Source of the DNA: Candidatus Obscuribacteraceae bacterium
GTDB taxonomy: Bacteria > Cyanobacteriota > Vampirovibrionia > Obscuribacterales > Obscuribacteraceae
Reading direction: 5' to 3'
NCBI GenBank assembly: GCA_044226015.1
Contig: JBGAHS010000001.1
Location: forward strand, 64,001-128,000
Length of the DNA stretch: 64,000 bases
Numbering within the stretch: position 1 is the stretch's first letter; each line of letters opens with the position of its first letter. The notes under the pieces were generated by a model, which did not search any database, was not told where the DNA came from, and was given only the letters and a program-made list of their open reading frames with translations. The translations under genes and the position numbers were made by a program. This document shows positions 49,314-58,544 of this stretch, in pieces.

Positions 49314-50630
49314 TTGTGCAGTCTTTATTCACGAAGAACTCACGAACTTTTCAGTAATCTTCTTTCAGAAGTTGGGCTGGAGGATGGAGTTGTGTCGACT
49401 GAACGGAAAGCAGAAGGATTTGCACCTGAGCCTCAAGTGGGTGAGCAGGCGAGCCGCCTTTCGGAAGAAGTGCTATCGCGCAACGCCAGTGTAGTGCGTT
49501 CGGACAGAGTCGCCCTTATGCAGGATGTTCCTAAGCATTTTGATGGTGCGAACAAATTTGAAATTGTTGACCAGAATTCAGAGGGCAAAGGCAGTCATCC
49601 ATGGGATTCTCCAGCTGACTCTACTGAGAGCCTCAAGGTTGACTCTGCTCGCCGGTCCGAAGGTTTACGAGTTGAGCTGAATGGCTCGGCGCCGCAACAT
49701 GTTTATGGTGTCCTTGATGATGTCCTGAAAGTAACAGCTGCGGAATCGAATTATATTGGAAACAACATCGATGCGGCGGGTCGCTGGGCTGTAGCTAACC
49801 CGGGGAAGACTGCTCTTGGAACTGCTGTTATTGCCGGGGGCATAGTCGCCGCACCTTTGGTCGGCGGCGCCATCGCTGCCACCGAAATCGGAGCAGGGGC
49901 TTTAGCTATTGGTGGTGAATTGTTTTTAGGCGCTAACGCAGGGCTGGGTCTTGGGTGTAGCCTGGCAGCTATAGCTCGTGGCGCCAATGGACTTGTACGC
50001 GAAAACCATCTTGGTGATTTGCTCAAACTTGATTATGATGACCCGAACAACAAGCAAGCAGTCAAAGCAGCACAAGAAAAAGTAGGTGCTGATATCTTCA
50101 ATGTTGGGGTTGGTGGTATCGCTGCGATAGGAATTAATGTTGCCTTGCGTGGTGCCAGGGTGGTGGAGGGCGCCGCTGCGGGCGGTTCAGAAGCGTCCAT
50201 AGTTTCAGATGGAGCTGCTGCAAAATTGGTCAGAAATGATTCCGCCGTTGCTACAGTGCTTCCGGAACAAACTTTAACGCCAAAGGATGCTCTAAATGAG
50301 GTGCGGACCAGGGTATTAGCTCTTTCTTCTGAAGCTCGACGCGGTGGCGATTACGACTCTTACTACAGACCCTTGAGCGAGCTGCAAAAAAGTTTTGACA
50401 GATCTAGATGGTATAACGAGGAGCCGCGTAGTCTGGCTGAACGACTTGAATCTACAGGTCGCTATTGGACAGAAAAATATGGCGATCAAAAATTCTTTGA
50501 TTACGTCAATAAGAGAGAAAACGTCGATAGATTTGAGGAAGTCGGCAGTATCTTGCTTGACGTAGCTCGGCGCATAAATCCGGCAAGCGATTATGCCTCA
50601 AACTGGTCTCTCGGCCTGAGTCATTATTGA
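49314..50630 (+). CDS. Hypothetical protein with central Gly/Ala-rich hydrophobic helices
   Basis: 438-aa ORF; start uncertain. Confidence 0.65.
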   Translation: MCSLYSRRTHELFSNLLSEVGLEDGVVSTERKAEGFAPEPQVGEQASRLSEEVLSRNASVVRSDRVALMQDVPKHFDGANKFEIVDQNSEGKGSHPWDSPADSTESLKVDSARRSEGLRVELNGSAPQHVYGVLDDVLKVTAAESNYIGNNIDAAGRWAVANPGKTALGTAVIAGGIVAAPLVGGAIAATEIGAGALAIGGELFLGANAGLGLGCSLAAIARGANGLVRENHLGDLLKLDYDDPNNKQAVKAAQEKVGADIFNVGVGGIAAIGINVALRGARVVEGAAAGGSEASIVSDGAAAKLVRNDSAVATVLPEQTLTPKDALNEVRTRVLALSSEARRGGDYDSYYRPLSELQKSFDRSRWYNEEPRSLAERLESTGRYWTEKYGDQKFFDYVNKRENVDRFEEVGSILLDVARRINPASDYASNWSLGLSHY

Positions 50631-50646
50631 AACGCCCGGGGAAAAC

Positions 50647-53406
50647 CTAGATCAAAACCTCTGCGTCAATTGAATAAGTGCCCGCGCGTAGTCGTTGAAC
50701 TGGCACTATGACTTGATTTTGCGCACCACCTGGAGTAATCACAACTATTTCGTCACCCTTGATTATTCTGATTACGTCTTTGCTGTGATTAGTGAGCTTC
50801 ACCCGCACTTTGTTTTGAGTGCCAGTTACTTTGACGGTTATTTTTCTAACTTCGCCTTTGATTGGTTCATGTCCATTTGGTGAAAGATCGACCGTCACAA
50901 GGTCGAAATTGCCTGGGTTGCTGCGCAGTCCAGCTGTGCTGACGCACAATGTGTGGGCACCAGCAGGAAGCCCCGGTGGCATTTGAGCTTTCATTTGCAC
51001 AGGAGATGAAACCACTACATTTGCATCATAAGCACCATCGATAATCACTCTGTTTCGCTCAGCTATGCCATCAAAATGATGCCCAGATATAGTCAGATTT
51101 CCATTGCTGCCGCAAACGGGAGATACCGATTCCAGGCTGGGCACCTGTGCTCCGGAAGGAGTCGCAAGAGGTTGCAAAACCTCGATGGCTGCAGGTGTTT
51201 CCTCCGGATGCGCTGACAGTGAAATATGCATACTATAGCCTGGAGGAGCGTCCTCAGGAATCTGGTATACGACTTTTCCGTTCTCTCCAGTTGAGAGTTG
51301 TGCCCCGTTGAAGCTTATTCCAACAAAAGGCTCACCTTTGTGTTGGGAATTTTGAACTGCAATCGTCATATATTGTCCGGCTACAGCCCTTCCGGGATAG
51401 AGCATGTTTGCGTCCTGGCTAGGGGCTCTCATATCATGAGCCCCCTCAGGGCTATCCCAGTTATTTCTTGAACGGCTGCTGTCGGGGAACAAGCTAGCCA
51501 CTGGAGTGCCCGAAGGCACTGCCGGCTTCGTATCTGCTGCGTTTGATGCAGTCGCGGACCAATCATTTCGTGAAGGTGCTTCGCTATTTTTAGTTTCGCC
51601 TGCACCGGGGATGGTTTTCTCTTTTCCCTCTGCCACTACTGCTGCTTGCGCTTCTTTTTTCTCATCTGTTGCTGTTTTTTCAGCCACAGCTTGTTTGCTG
51701 TTCGGTTCTTCTTTTTTGTCACCTGCAAGCTTTCGTTCATCTGCTGCTGAGTTGTCGGAACCTTTATCTTGCTCTGTCTTTGCGTCGGCTGCTTTGGACT
51801 CTGCTGCTGCTTTTGCCTCAGCAGCAGCTTTTGCGGCAGCTGCCGCTTTGAGGTCAGCCTCAGAGACTGAACTTAGTTGCTTTTCGCTGAGTATTTCTGG
51901 TTTCTTGTTTTTCGCGGGCACCTCTTTACCTTCTGCGTCAGAGGAGCCCTCAGCTTTTTTTGCTTCGTCGCTGCCCCCAGCGCCTTCAGTGGATGCAATT
52001 TCTGTGCCCGGTTTGGAGTTTGCTTTCACTAAAGCCTCCGCCACTGATTTTGCAAGTGCCTCTGCAACTTGTTTCTGCTGAATTGCAAGTACGGCACTTA
52101 CTTCTGCCGCTTTCTTTTTCTCTTCTTCAGCTTTGGCTATTTTGTCCTTATATTCTTGAGCCGATACTAAGAACAAGCGGTGCCGCTCTGTAACTGGTGA
52201 GTAAATCTGCAGCATGCTCTGTGTATTTGGTGCATTCTTGTCTTGCTTGCAATCTATTTTCAAATCGCCGACTTTGCCTATCCAGAAATTCACATCTTGT
52301 TGACTCTGAATATCAAACCCTTTGTCTACGCTAGATTTAGCTGTAATGACAGTAATAAACTCGCCGAGGCTTTCGCTAGCACCCTCTGCTTTTCCAGTGT
52401 AATTTCCGACTATTTCAATGGTTAGAAGTCCATCAATCTTCTTTGCCCACAAAGCGACGATAGATGCCTTGAGTTCCGGGTTTACCTCGATGGTGCCTGA
52501 CTCCCACGACTCTGCCGACATCATTGATTCAGCTTTAGATTTATCACTTGTTTGGACAATACGGTTTGCCACCAATTCTGGTGCTGAGAGTGCTTTGTCC
52601 AGGGCTTCTGCAGCCAACTTTGCTACTAACTTTTGCGTGGCATCTTCTAGTTTGCTTACAGCTTCTGACTCTTTCAGCGATTTGTTTACATCTTTCAGAA
52701 CGCTAATCAATGCTGGGTCAAATTTATATTTTGGCGCGTTGGGATCTTCTACAACCGTCGGCTTAGCTGACTTTACTTCTTCTTTTTTTGTTTCAGCTTT
52801 TGCTGGTTCTTCTTTTTTCTTTCCACCCATGTGGAAGAAACCACCGCTGCCCTTCTTTTCTTCTGCGGCGGCTTTCTCTTTTGAAGCTGGCTCTGTCGCT
52901 TTCTTGTCGTCAGCCTTTTTGTCTTCTGTCTTAGTTTCTTTCTTGGCGTCTTTGGAATCTTTTGATTCCTTTTCTTTGCCTTTAGCTTTCTTCGATTCTT
53001 TCTTTTCGTCTTTGGCAGCGTCTTTGGCAGCGTCTTTCACTGCATCTTTAGCATCGCTTTTGGCTTCTTTGGCATCGTCTTTCGCATTTTTTGCAGCATC
53101 TTTAGCATCTTCTTTTGCTTCTTTGCTGGCATCTTTTGCGTCTTTATCTTTCTTTGCAAGTTTTACCTTCGGCGCGTTTGCTTCGGCGTCACCGTCTGTG
53201 GTGCTAATGTCGTTCATAGCAATTTCTTGCTTGTGTGATTTCTTGCTGCTGGAACTTTTCGCCCAGGCGGACTGCCCGCATGACAGTGCAACGCTGAAGG
53301 ATAGAAGCAGTCCGAATATGCGACGACTTGATACCGAAATTAGTGCTTTGGAATTTGAATCATTTTTGACCCATGAGTAACTTTGCAAATCATTCTGCGT
53401 AATCAT
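50647..53406 (-). CDS. Large exported protein: Lys/Asp/Ala-rich low-complexity regions, C-terminal IPT/TIG-like domains
   Basis: Signal-like segment ending SAWA; KDAK repeats; PSLESVSP...LTISGHHF...SNP motif. Confidence 0.75.
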   Translation of the reverse strand: MITQNDLQSYSWVKNDSNSKALISVSSRRIFGLLLSFSVALSCGQSAWAKSSSSKKSHKQEIAMNDISTTDGDAEANAPKVKLAKKDKDAKDASKEAKEDAKDAAKNAKDDAKEAKSDAKDAVKDAAKDAAKDEKKESKKAKGKEKESKDSKDAKKETKTEDKKADDKKATEPASKEKAAAEEKKGSGGFFHMGGKKKEEPAKAETKKEEVKSAKPTVVEDPNAPKYKFDPALISVLKDVNKSLKESEAVSKLEDATQKLVAKLAAEALDKALSAPELVANRIVQTSDKSKAESMMSAESWESGTIEVNPELKASIVALWAKKIDGLLTIEIVGNYTGKAEGASESLGEFITVITAKSSVDKGFDIQSQQDVNFWIGKVGDLKIDCKQDKNAPNTQSMLQIYSPVTERHRLFLVSAQEYKDKIAKAEEEKKKAAEVSAVLAIQQKQVAEALAKSVAEALVKANSKPGTEIASTEGAGGSDEAKKAEGSSDAEGKEVPAKNKKPEILSEKQLSSVSEADLKAAAAAKAAAEAKAAAESKAADAKTEQDKGSDNSAADERKLAGDKKEEPNSKQAVAEKTATDEKKEAQAAVVAEGKEKTIPGAGETKNSEAPSRNDWSATASNAADTKPAVPSGTPVASLFPDSSRSRNNWDSPEGAHDMRAPSQDANMLYPGRAVAGQYMTIAVQNSQHKGEPFVGISFNGAQLSTGENGKVVYQIPEDAPPGYSMHISLSAHPEETPAAIEVLQPLATPSGAQVPSLESVSPVCGSNGNLTISGHHFDGIAERNRVIIDGAYDANVVVSSPVQMKAQMPPGLPAGAHTLCVSTAGLRSNPGNFDLVTVDLSPNGHEPIKGEVRKITVKVTGTQNKVRVKLTNHSKDVIRIIKGDEIVVITPGGAQNQVIVPVQRLRAGTYSIDAEVLI

Positions 53407-55358
53407 CAGTGTCCTCGTTTCTTGGCAAAGAGCTTCCTGTAAAGTGAGATCGTTTCTGCTGGTGTCAGTCCGTAACCGAGATAGTGTCCGTCGAGGTGAA
53501 TTTCAAAATGTAAGTGCGGATGTTTCACCCGCCCAGGCACATTTTCACCTGTTCCGGAATATCCAATGTAGCCAACTGTTTCGCCAGCATCGATTGGCAT
53601 TCCTACTCGAAGATCTGGACGCGCTTTGTTGAGGTGGGCATATACCGTGACAAGTCCATTTCCATGGTCAAGCCAGACCTGGCAGCCTCGAAATAAATCC
53701 TCGTTTGTGGGCGAGCAGTATTGGCTCGTCGCACATTCGCTCATTATTTTGTTGTATTGCTTTGCGTCCATATCGTGATAATTTACGTCTGCCCTGATTA
53801 CTTTACCAGCAGCGGCAGCAAATGCGGGAGTATTGACAGCCACATGTGTTCCGGCGCCGGGGTCATGAAAGAAGTCAAGTCCCTGGTGGATGCCGTGTCT
53901 GTAAAGCCTTCGGGCGCCAGGGAAAACGCCTGGATGTCCGGGCAAATTTCCTTTGACTGGAAGTCGCAGAATTCTCAATCTGCTATCTAATTTTCTTACT
54001 GGGACTGCCTGGTGTACTGGAGCTGGTTCGTTCATCATACGGAAGTCAAGTCCGTCGCCATCAATAACGCCAAATCCACCGTTGCCCGGCATCAACCCTC
54101 TTAAATCTGAATCGCTTGGAAAGAAAAACTGTTTTACTGAGCCGTTTGATTTCTCTATCGCCAGCACCCGGCAATTCTCTCGCTCGATTACGTAAGCTGG
54201 TGAATGTGCAGCGATGGCGAATCGGCTGGGTTGTATTCCGTTAGGCATCTTGTAATTGAGACGTTTTGAAACGCCTCCTGTGTTCACCACGTTTGACGGG
54301 TAAATGCTAATAACGCCCGACCGTCTCAATACTTCGGTACTGCCATCAAATCCGATACCAATACCGTCAGCCACATTTGGGTCACCTGCATGAATGCGCC
54401 AGGGCAAAACTTCCCTGAAATAGCGGGAGTTCTTCTGTCCAAGCGGGAAGCGCCAGATTTGATTTCTTTCGGGGTCAAGCAAGAGAAGATGCGTGCCATC
54501 AGACGTTATGGCGACGTAGTGCGGGTCAGGCGAACCTAGCGTCTGTCTATTAGCCCAGAGCAAATTCCATTTTTTGTTGTGAGGGTCATACTCAAATAGC
54601 GAGCCACTCTTGTCGAGCACCGCCAGTGATTTGTGTAATGGCCAGTAGCAGAAAGAAAGGAATTCCTGCAGCTGAATTCCTTTTATTTTGTTTTGTGGAA
54701 CGGGGATGGTTTCTGCATGCAAGACATGTTCTTGTTGATTGCTTCCCGCTATGTCAGCAAGCAGGTAGAGGCAGTCGCTACCCAGCATGAACATATGCTT
54801 GTCCACCTGGGCAATAGAATTAGGGTAAATCGGGCGCCCTTTTTCGTCGACGAGTTTGAATCTTTGATACTGTGGTGCAGCAGATGCGTGCGGCTCACTA
54901 ATCGCTGCACCAGTAGTGGTGCCTGCGCCTTTACCTTGCTGAGCAGCTTTCGCGTCAGCGAGCAGTTGGGGCAACTCCGAGACACCCTGGTCTTGCAGCT
55001 CTGTTGAAGCAGCTGAGACCGGCTCATCAGAGCCTTGCCCTATGAAAGCGGGTGCTGGCGCCAGTTGCTCTGTGGGCAGACCTGTCAGATGGGAATTCGT
55101 TGGGGACGTCGAAGATAGTGCAGCAGAGTATGGCACCGCTGCCGTAGCGGATGGTGCCGATACCGATGCAGTTTGCACCGATACAACCCCTGCCTTTCTG
55201 GCTTCATTGCGAATTATTCTCGCGGTGAGGTCTGCCTCTGCGGCATTGTCAGAAGCCATAACTCGAGCAAAGGCACTGCAAAGGCTTGCTGCCATCAAGC
55301 TTAGTGCCATAACGTTTAGTAGATTGCAGGTGCCGATTTTCTTCAGGGGCGCAAACAT
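53406..55358 (-). CDS. M23 family metallopeptidase with N-terminal beta-propeller-like region
   Basis: HQGLD, YAHL, IGYSG and HPHLHFEI motifs; signal peptide. Confidence 0.88.
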   Translation of the reverse strand: MFAPLKKIGTCNLLNVMALSLMAASLCSAFARVMASDNAAEADLTARIIRNEARKAGVVSVQTASVSAPSATAAVPYSAALSSTSPTNSHLTGLPTEQLAPAPAFIGQGSDEPVSAASTELQDQGVSELPQLLADAKAAQQGKGAGTTTGAAISEPHASAAPQYQRFKLVDEKGRPIYPNSIAQVDKHMFMLGSDCLYLLADIAGSNQQEHVLHAETIPVPQNKIKGIQLQEFLSFCYWPLHKSLAVLDKSGSLFEYDPHNKKWNLLWANRQTLGSPDPHYVAITSDGTHLLLLDPERNQIWRFPLGQKNSRYFREVLPWRIHAGDPNVADGIGIGFDGSTEVLRRSGVISIYPSNVVNTGGVSKRLNYKMPNGIQPSRFAIAAHSPAYVIERENCRVLAIEKSNGSVKQFFFPSDSDLRGLMPGNGGFGVIDGDGLDFRMMNEPAPVHQAVPVRKLDSRLRILRLPVKGNLPGHPGVFPGARRLYRHGIHQGLDFFHDPGAGTHVAVNTPAFAAAAGKVIRADVNYHDMDAKQYNKIMSECATSQYCSPTNEDLFRGCQVWLDHGNGLVTVYAHLNKARPDLRVGMPIDAGETVGYIGYSGTGENVPGRVKHPHLHFEIHLDGHYLGYGLTPAETISLYRKLFAKKRGH

Positions 55359-55366
55359 ATTTCCCT

Positions 55367-56605
55367 TTAGCGTTTCGGTGGATTCTTGGTTGGCCCGTTG
55401 TTAGTCAGAAGTGCAGAGTCTGCGATTAGCCATTTGCCGTTAACTTTTTCCATGGTGTAGTTGACTGTGTACTTATCGTCTTGCTCTTTGATCACGGAAT
55501 TATCGGCTTCTTTAATGTATTTGCTGTATTCACGCACTTCGGCTACGACTGCAAACTTTGTGCCTGTACCAAGGTCAGTATATTTTTGAACAGTGCACCC
55601 TTTGGGTTCCATTTCGTAATAGGTACCGTTTGTCTGCAGCCATTGTACAGCAGTTGTTTGTTTCTTCAACGCTGTGCCGGTCAGAATTTCGGCTAAGTGG
55701 GAAGTGTCGCGCTTCCTGATCGCAACTTTCTTAATTTGCTGCCAGGATTTGATTGTTGCCACAAAATCTTCTTTCTTCTGATCGATATTGGGGCTGATTG
55801 CAGGCTGAGTTGACTTAGGCTTGATGACATTTGGAATGGTCATCGGTTTTTTGATTGCGTTGATAATCGGATGCTTCACTTCCGGCTTTGGCTTAACTGC
55901 TACTTCGTCTGGCTGCTGGTTTTCATCAGGCTGTTTGACTGAATGTTCTGCAATCGTTGTTTTGTTTGCATCTAGGCTGTTCACTGCAATGAGGCATGAA
56001 TAGGGTTGTGCGCTCTTGCTGCGATCGATTACGACTTGATAGCGCCCGGCAGCAAGATTTACGCCTGCCCCCGGCTTTAGTTTACCTTTCAATTTTTCAA
56101 GTTCTTTATTGAACTCTGCGATTCTGCGTGGTTTGGCGCCGAGAGCTTCCAACAAGAAATCAGCCGCCATCTCAATGTCGAGCACGTCTTTTACATTGCC
56201 CGAACCTAGTTTGCCCAAGCCGAGTTGGGCACTTGTGACTTGTTCTGAACGAACGCTGAGCTTGACGTGATTTTGTTTTTCATCAGTGAGGTCAGAAATG
56301 TCATTGCTGGATGCTTTGAATGGTCCAAGACCGGGCCAGGTAGCTTTAGTCACAAATTGACTTTGGCGGAACTCTTCGAAAGCGCACATTGGTGCAACTG
56401 TGCTGGGAACGCCAGTGGTACTGGCTACTGCAGCGGAATTCGTGTTTTTGCTAGCGTTGTCATTGTCAATGGTTGGAGCTTCCTGGTCGATCCACATAGA
56501 GTCGAGTGAGGAAGCCTCGTCGGCCGACCATACCGGCATAAGCCCGGAAACGCTGAGTGCGCAAGAGAGAGTGATAATTGCTTTCTTGTGATGGAATTTG
56601 GACAT
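55367..56605 (-). CDS. Exported protein with C-terminal DUF4101 (ARC6/Ftn2 IMS-like) domain
   Basis: W..IK..A.....HLAEILTG.AL...WL...YY...VAEVRE...YTVNYTM...WLI pattern; signal peptide. Confidence 0.68.
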   Translation of the reverse strand: MSKFHHKKAIITLSCALSVSGLMPVWSADEASSLDSMWIDQEAPTIDNDNASKNTNSAAVASTTGVPSTVAPMCAFEEFRQSQFVTKATWPGLGPFKASSNDISDLTDEKQNHVKLSVRSEQVTSAQLGLGKLGSGNVKDVLDIEMAADFLLEALGAKPRRIAEFNKELEKLKGKLKPGAGVNLAAGRYQVVIDRSKSAQPYSCLIAVNSLDANKTTIAEHSVKQPDENQQPDEVAVKPKPEVKHPIINAIKKPMTIPNVIKPKSTQPAISPNIDQKKEDFVATIKSWQQIKKVAIRKRDTSHLAEILTGTALKKQTTAVQWLQTNGTYYEMEPKGCTVQKYTDLGTGTKFAVVAEVREYSKYIKEADNSVIKEQDDKYTVNYTMEKVNGKWLIADSALLTNNGPTKNPPKR

Positions 56606-56771
56606 AGACGCCTACAAAACCGCTAATACTCAGAGGTTAACATGTGCGGGGCATCTTTTCTTTAATAAAGAATCTGCTTAGATTGGCTTCGTTTGCCAAA
56701 GAGCGCACAGTAGAGGCAAGAAGTGGAACTCTAAAAAGTATTAAAAATGTTTATCAAAACTGCTTGTTAGC

Positions 56772-57920
56772 TTATTCCAACTTAAGACTTGCCAGAGCTA
56801 GTTGGCTTGCCAACCGCTGCACTTCCGCAGGAATGAGGTTTTCGCCCTCAGAGAGTTGAACACCATTTACTCTGGAATTAAGTAAATAGCGCATACACAA
56901 GACTTCTGTAGTCAGGTGAATTAAAGTGGGTTCAGGTGAGCCCGTTAGCATGACTACATTTGCGGGTCCGCCACCGCCGATAACAAATATCTTTTTTGTG
57001 GATGCTTTGTCGTCTTTAAGGTGATATTCGACAAGATGAGGAGAGGGAGAGCGGGTGGAAACAGATGTGGACGCCAATTCCGCAAGATCGATTTCTTGTG
57101 CCCAGTGCCCGACATTCATCAAGATTATGCCGTCGCGGCAGTGATGGAATTGATTGAGCCCGAGGACATTTTTTGCACCTGTGGCCGTGACAATTAGCTC
57201 GCTCTGTGCCAGAGCCTCTTCCATCGAAGCCAGTGCGAAGCCGTCGTAGTGTGCTACAAGTCTTCTGGTGGCATCTTGCTCGACCACACTGACTTGTGCA
57301 CCTGTTTGTCTGAGGTGATATGCGACTCCGGCGCCAACTCTGCCATACCCGACTACTGCGGCTCTGCGTCCTGTCCAGAGTCTACCGGTGACCTTGTACA
57401 GAGCATCGGTGACACCGTCACCGACACCATGGAAATTCTCAATGAGATTTTTCAATTCACCATCATTAATGTTGATGACAGGTAATTTCAAATTGTTTGT
57501 CGCACGCAGTTTTTGTATTCCGCTGCTGGTTATTTCGCAAGCTGCCAGCAAATAGTCATTTGATGCTTCTTGCAGGTAGGCTGTCATCAGAACAAAGCCT
57601 GTGTCGGAAATTATCTCTGGGCGATGCGATAACACTTTTGCCGTACTGCTGTCGCCGAGAAACACTTCAGCACCAATTTTTCTCATATAATCGATTGATG
57701 CTTTGTCAGATGTTGCAGCCGAGCACTCTGAGAGAAACAATTGGACTCCTGCTTGGAGCAAGACTTTCACAGTCGCTGCAGTCAAGCCTGTTAAATGGCA
57801 GTGCCATGCTATTTTTCGCCCTTTTAGATCTGCCTGACCGAGCAGGTAGTCTTGCAACTTTTCCATGATCGGAAACGAAAAATTGTAATATTCAATTTCT
57901 TCTTCGGTAGATTTGAACAT
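56772..57920 (-). CDS. ahcY: Adenosylhomocysteinase family protein (divergent, short form)
   Basis: EITSSG, PVININDG.LK...EN..G.G, VVGYGRVGAGVA, VTATG and NVGH motifs. Confidence 0.75.
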   Translation of the reverse strand: MFKSTEEEIEYYNFSFPIMEKLQDYLLGQADLKGRKIAWHCHLTGLTAATVKVLLQAGVQLFLSECSAATSDKASIDYMRKIGAEVFLGDSSTAKVLSHRPEIISDTGFVLMTAYLQEASNDYLLAACEITSSGIQKLRATNNLKLPVININDGELKNLIENFHGVGDGVTDALYKVTGRLWTGRRAAVVGYGRVGAGVAYHLRQTGAQVSVVEQDATRRLVAHYDGFALASMEEALAQSELIVTATGAKNVLGLNQFHHCRDGIILMNVGHWAQEIDLAELASTSVSTRSPSPHLVEYHLKDDKASTKKIFVIGGGGPANVVMLTGSPEPTLIHLTTEVLCMRYLLNSRVNGVQLSEGENLIPAEVQRLASQLALASLKLE

Positions 57921-57925
57921 CTTGT

Positions 57926-58540
57926 CTATGTCAGTGAGTCCATAACCCGCATTCCAAATTCACGCAGTAACAGCACCGTATCTGATACTGGAAGTCCGAT
58001 GACATTGCTATAGCATCCTTCGACTTTTTGTATGAAAGCCGAAGCAACTCCTTGCAGTGCGTAAGCTCCGGCTTTGTCCATTGGCTCTTCGCTGTTGGCG
58101 TAAAATCTTGCTTCGGGCTCAGATAGCTTGCGAAAATACACCGAGGTCGTTCCAAAGATAGACCTGGAATAGCCGTCGGGTAAGCGGACAATAGACACAC
58201 CGGAATAAACCTGGTGAGCCCGTCCTGATAGGCTCATCAACATATCATAAGCCTCTTCATGCGTTTGAGGCTTATTCAAAATATGATTGTCTCTGACTAC
58301 GATGGTGTCAGCCCCCAGGACAAGTATTTGTTCGTCGCTGGCACATTGATTTTTCATTCGCGAAGCAACTTCTTTTGCTTTGCCTAGCGAAAGGTGTTTC
58401 ACATATTCTTCGGGATGAACTATTTCGATGTCTTCATTGAGTTCGCTGACCTCTATCGAGAATTCAATTCCCAAGCCTGACAGTAGTTCTCGCCTTCGGG
58501 GAGAACCGGATGCAAGCACCAGCTTTATTTTTTGACTCAC
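57926..58540 (-). CDS. maf: Maf family nucleoside triphosphate pyrophosphatase
   Basis: LASGSPRRRELL, GADTIV, DKAGAYALQG and NVIGLP motifs. Confidence 0.95.
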   Translation of the reverse strand: MSQKIKLVLASGSPRRRELLSGLGIEFSIEVSELNEDIEIVHPEEYVKHLSLGKAKEVASRMKNQCASDEQILVLGADTIVVRDNHILNKPQTHEEAYDMLMSLSGRAHQVYSGVSIVRLPDGYSRSIFGTTSVYFRKLSEPEARFYANSEEPMDKAGAYALQGVASAFIQKVEGCYSNVIGLPVSDTVLLLREFGMRVMDSLT

Positions 58541-58544
58541 TTAT

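Noticed and set aside
52418..53380. Long plus-strand ORFs (320 aa and 191 aa at 51506) rich in Ser/Phe/Ala/Leu
   Set aside because: Antisense shadows of the low-complexity Lys/Glu/Ala regions of 50647..53406
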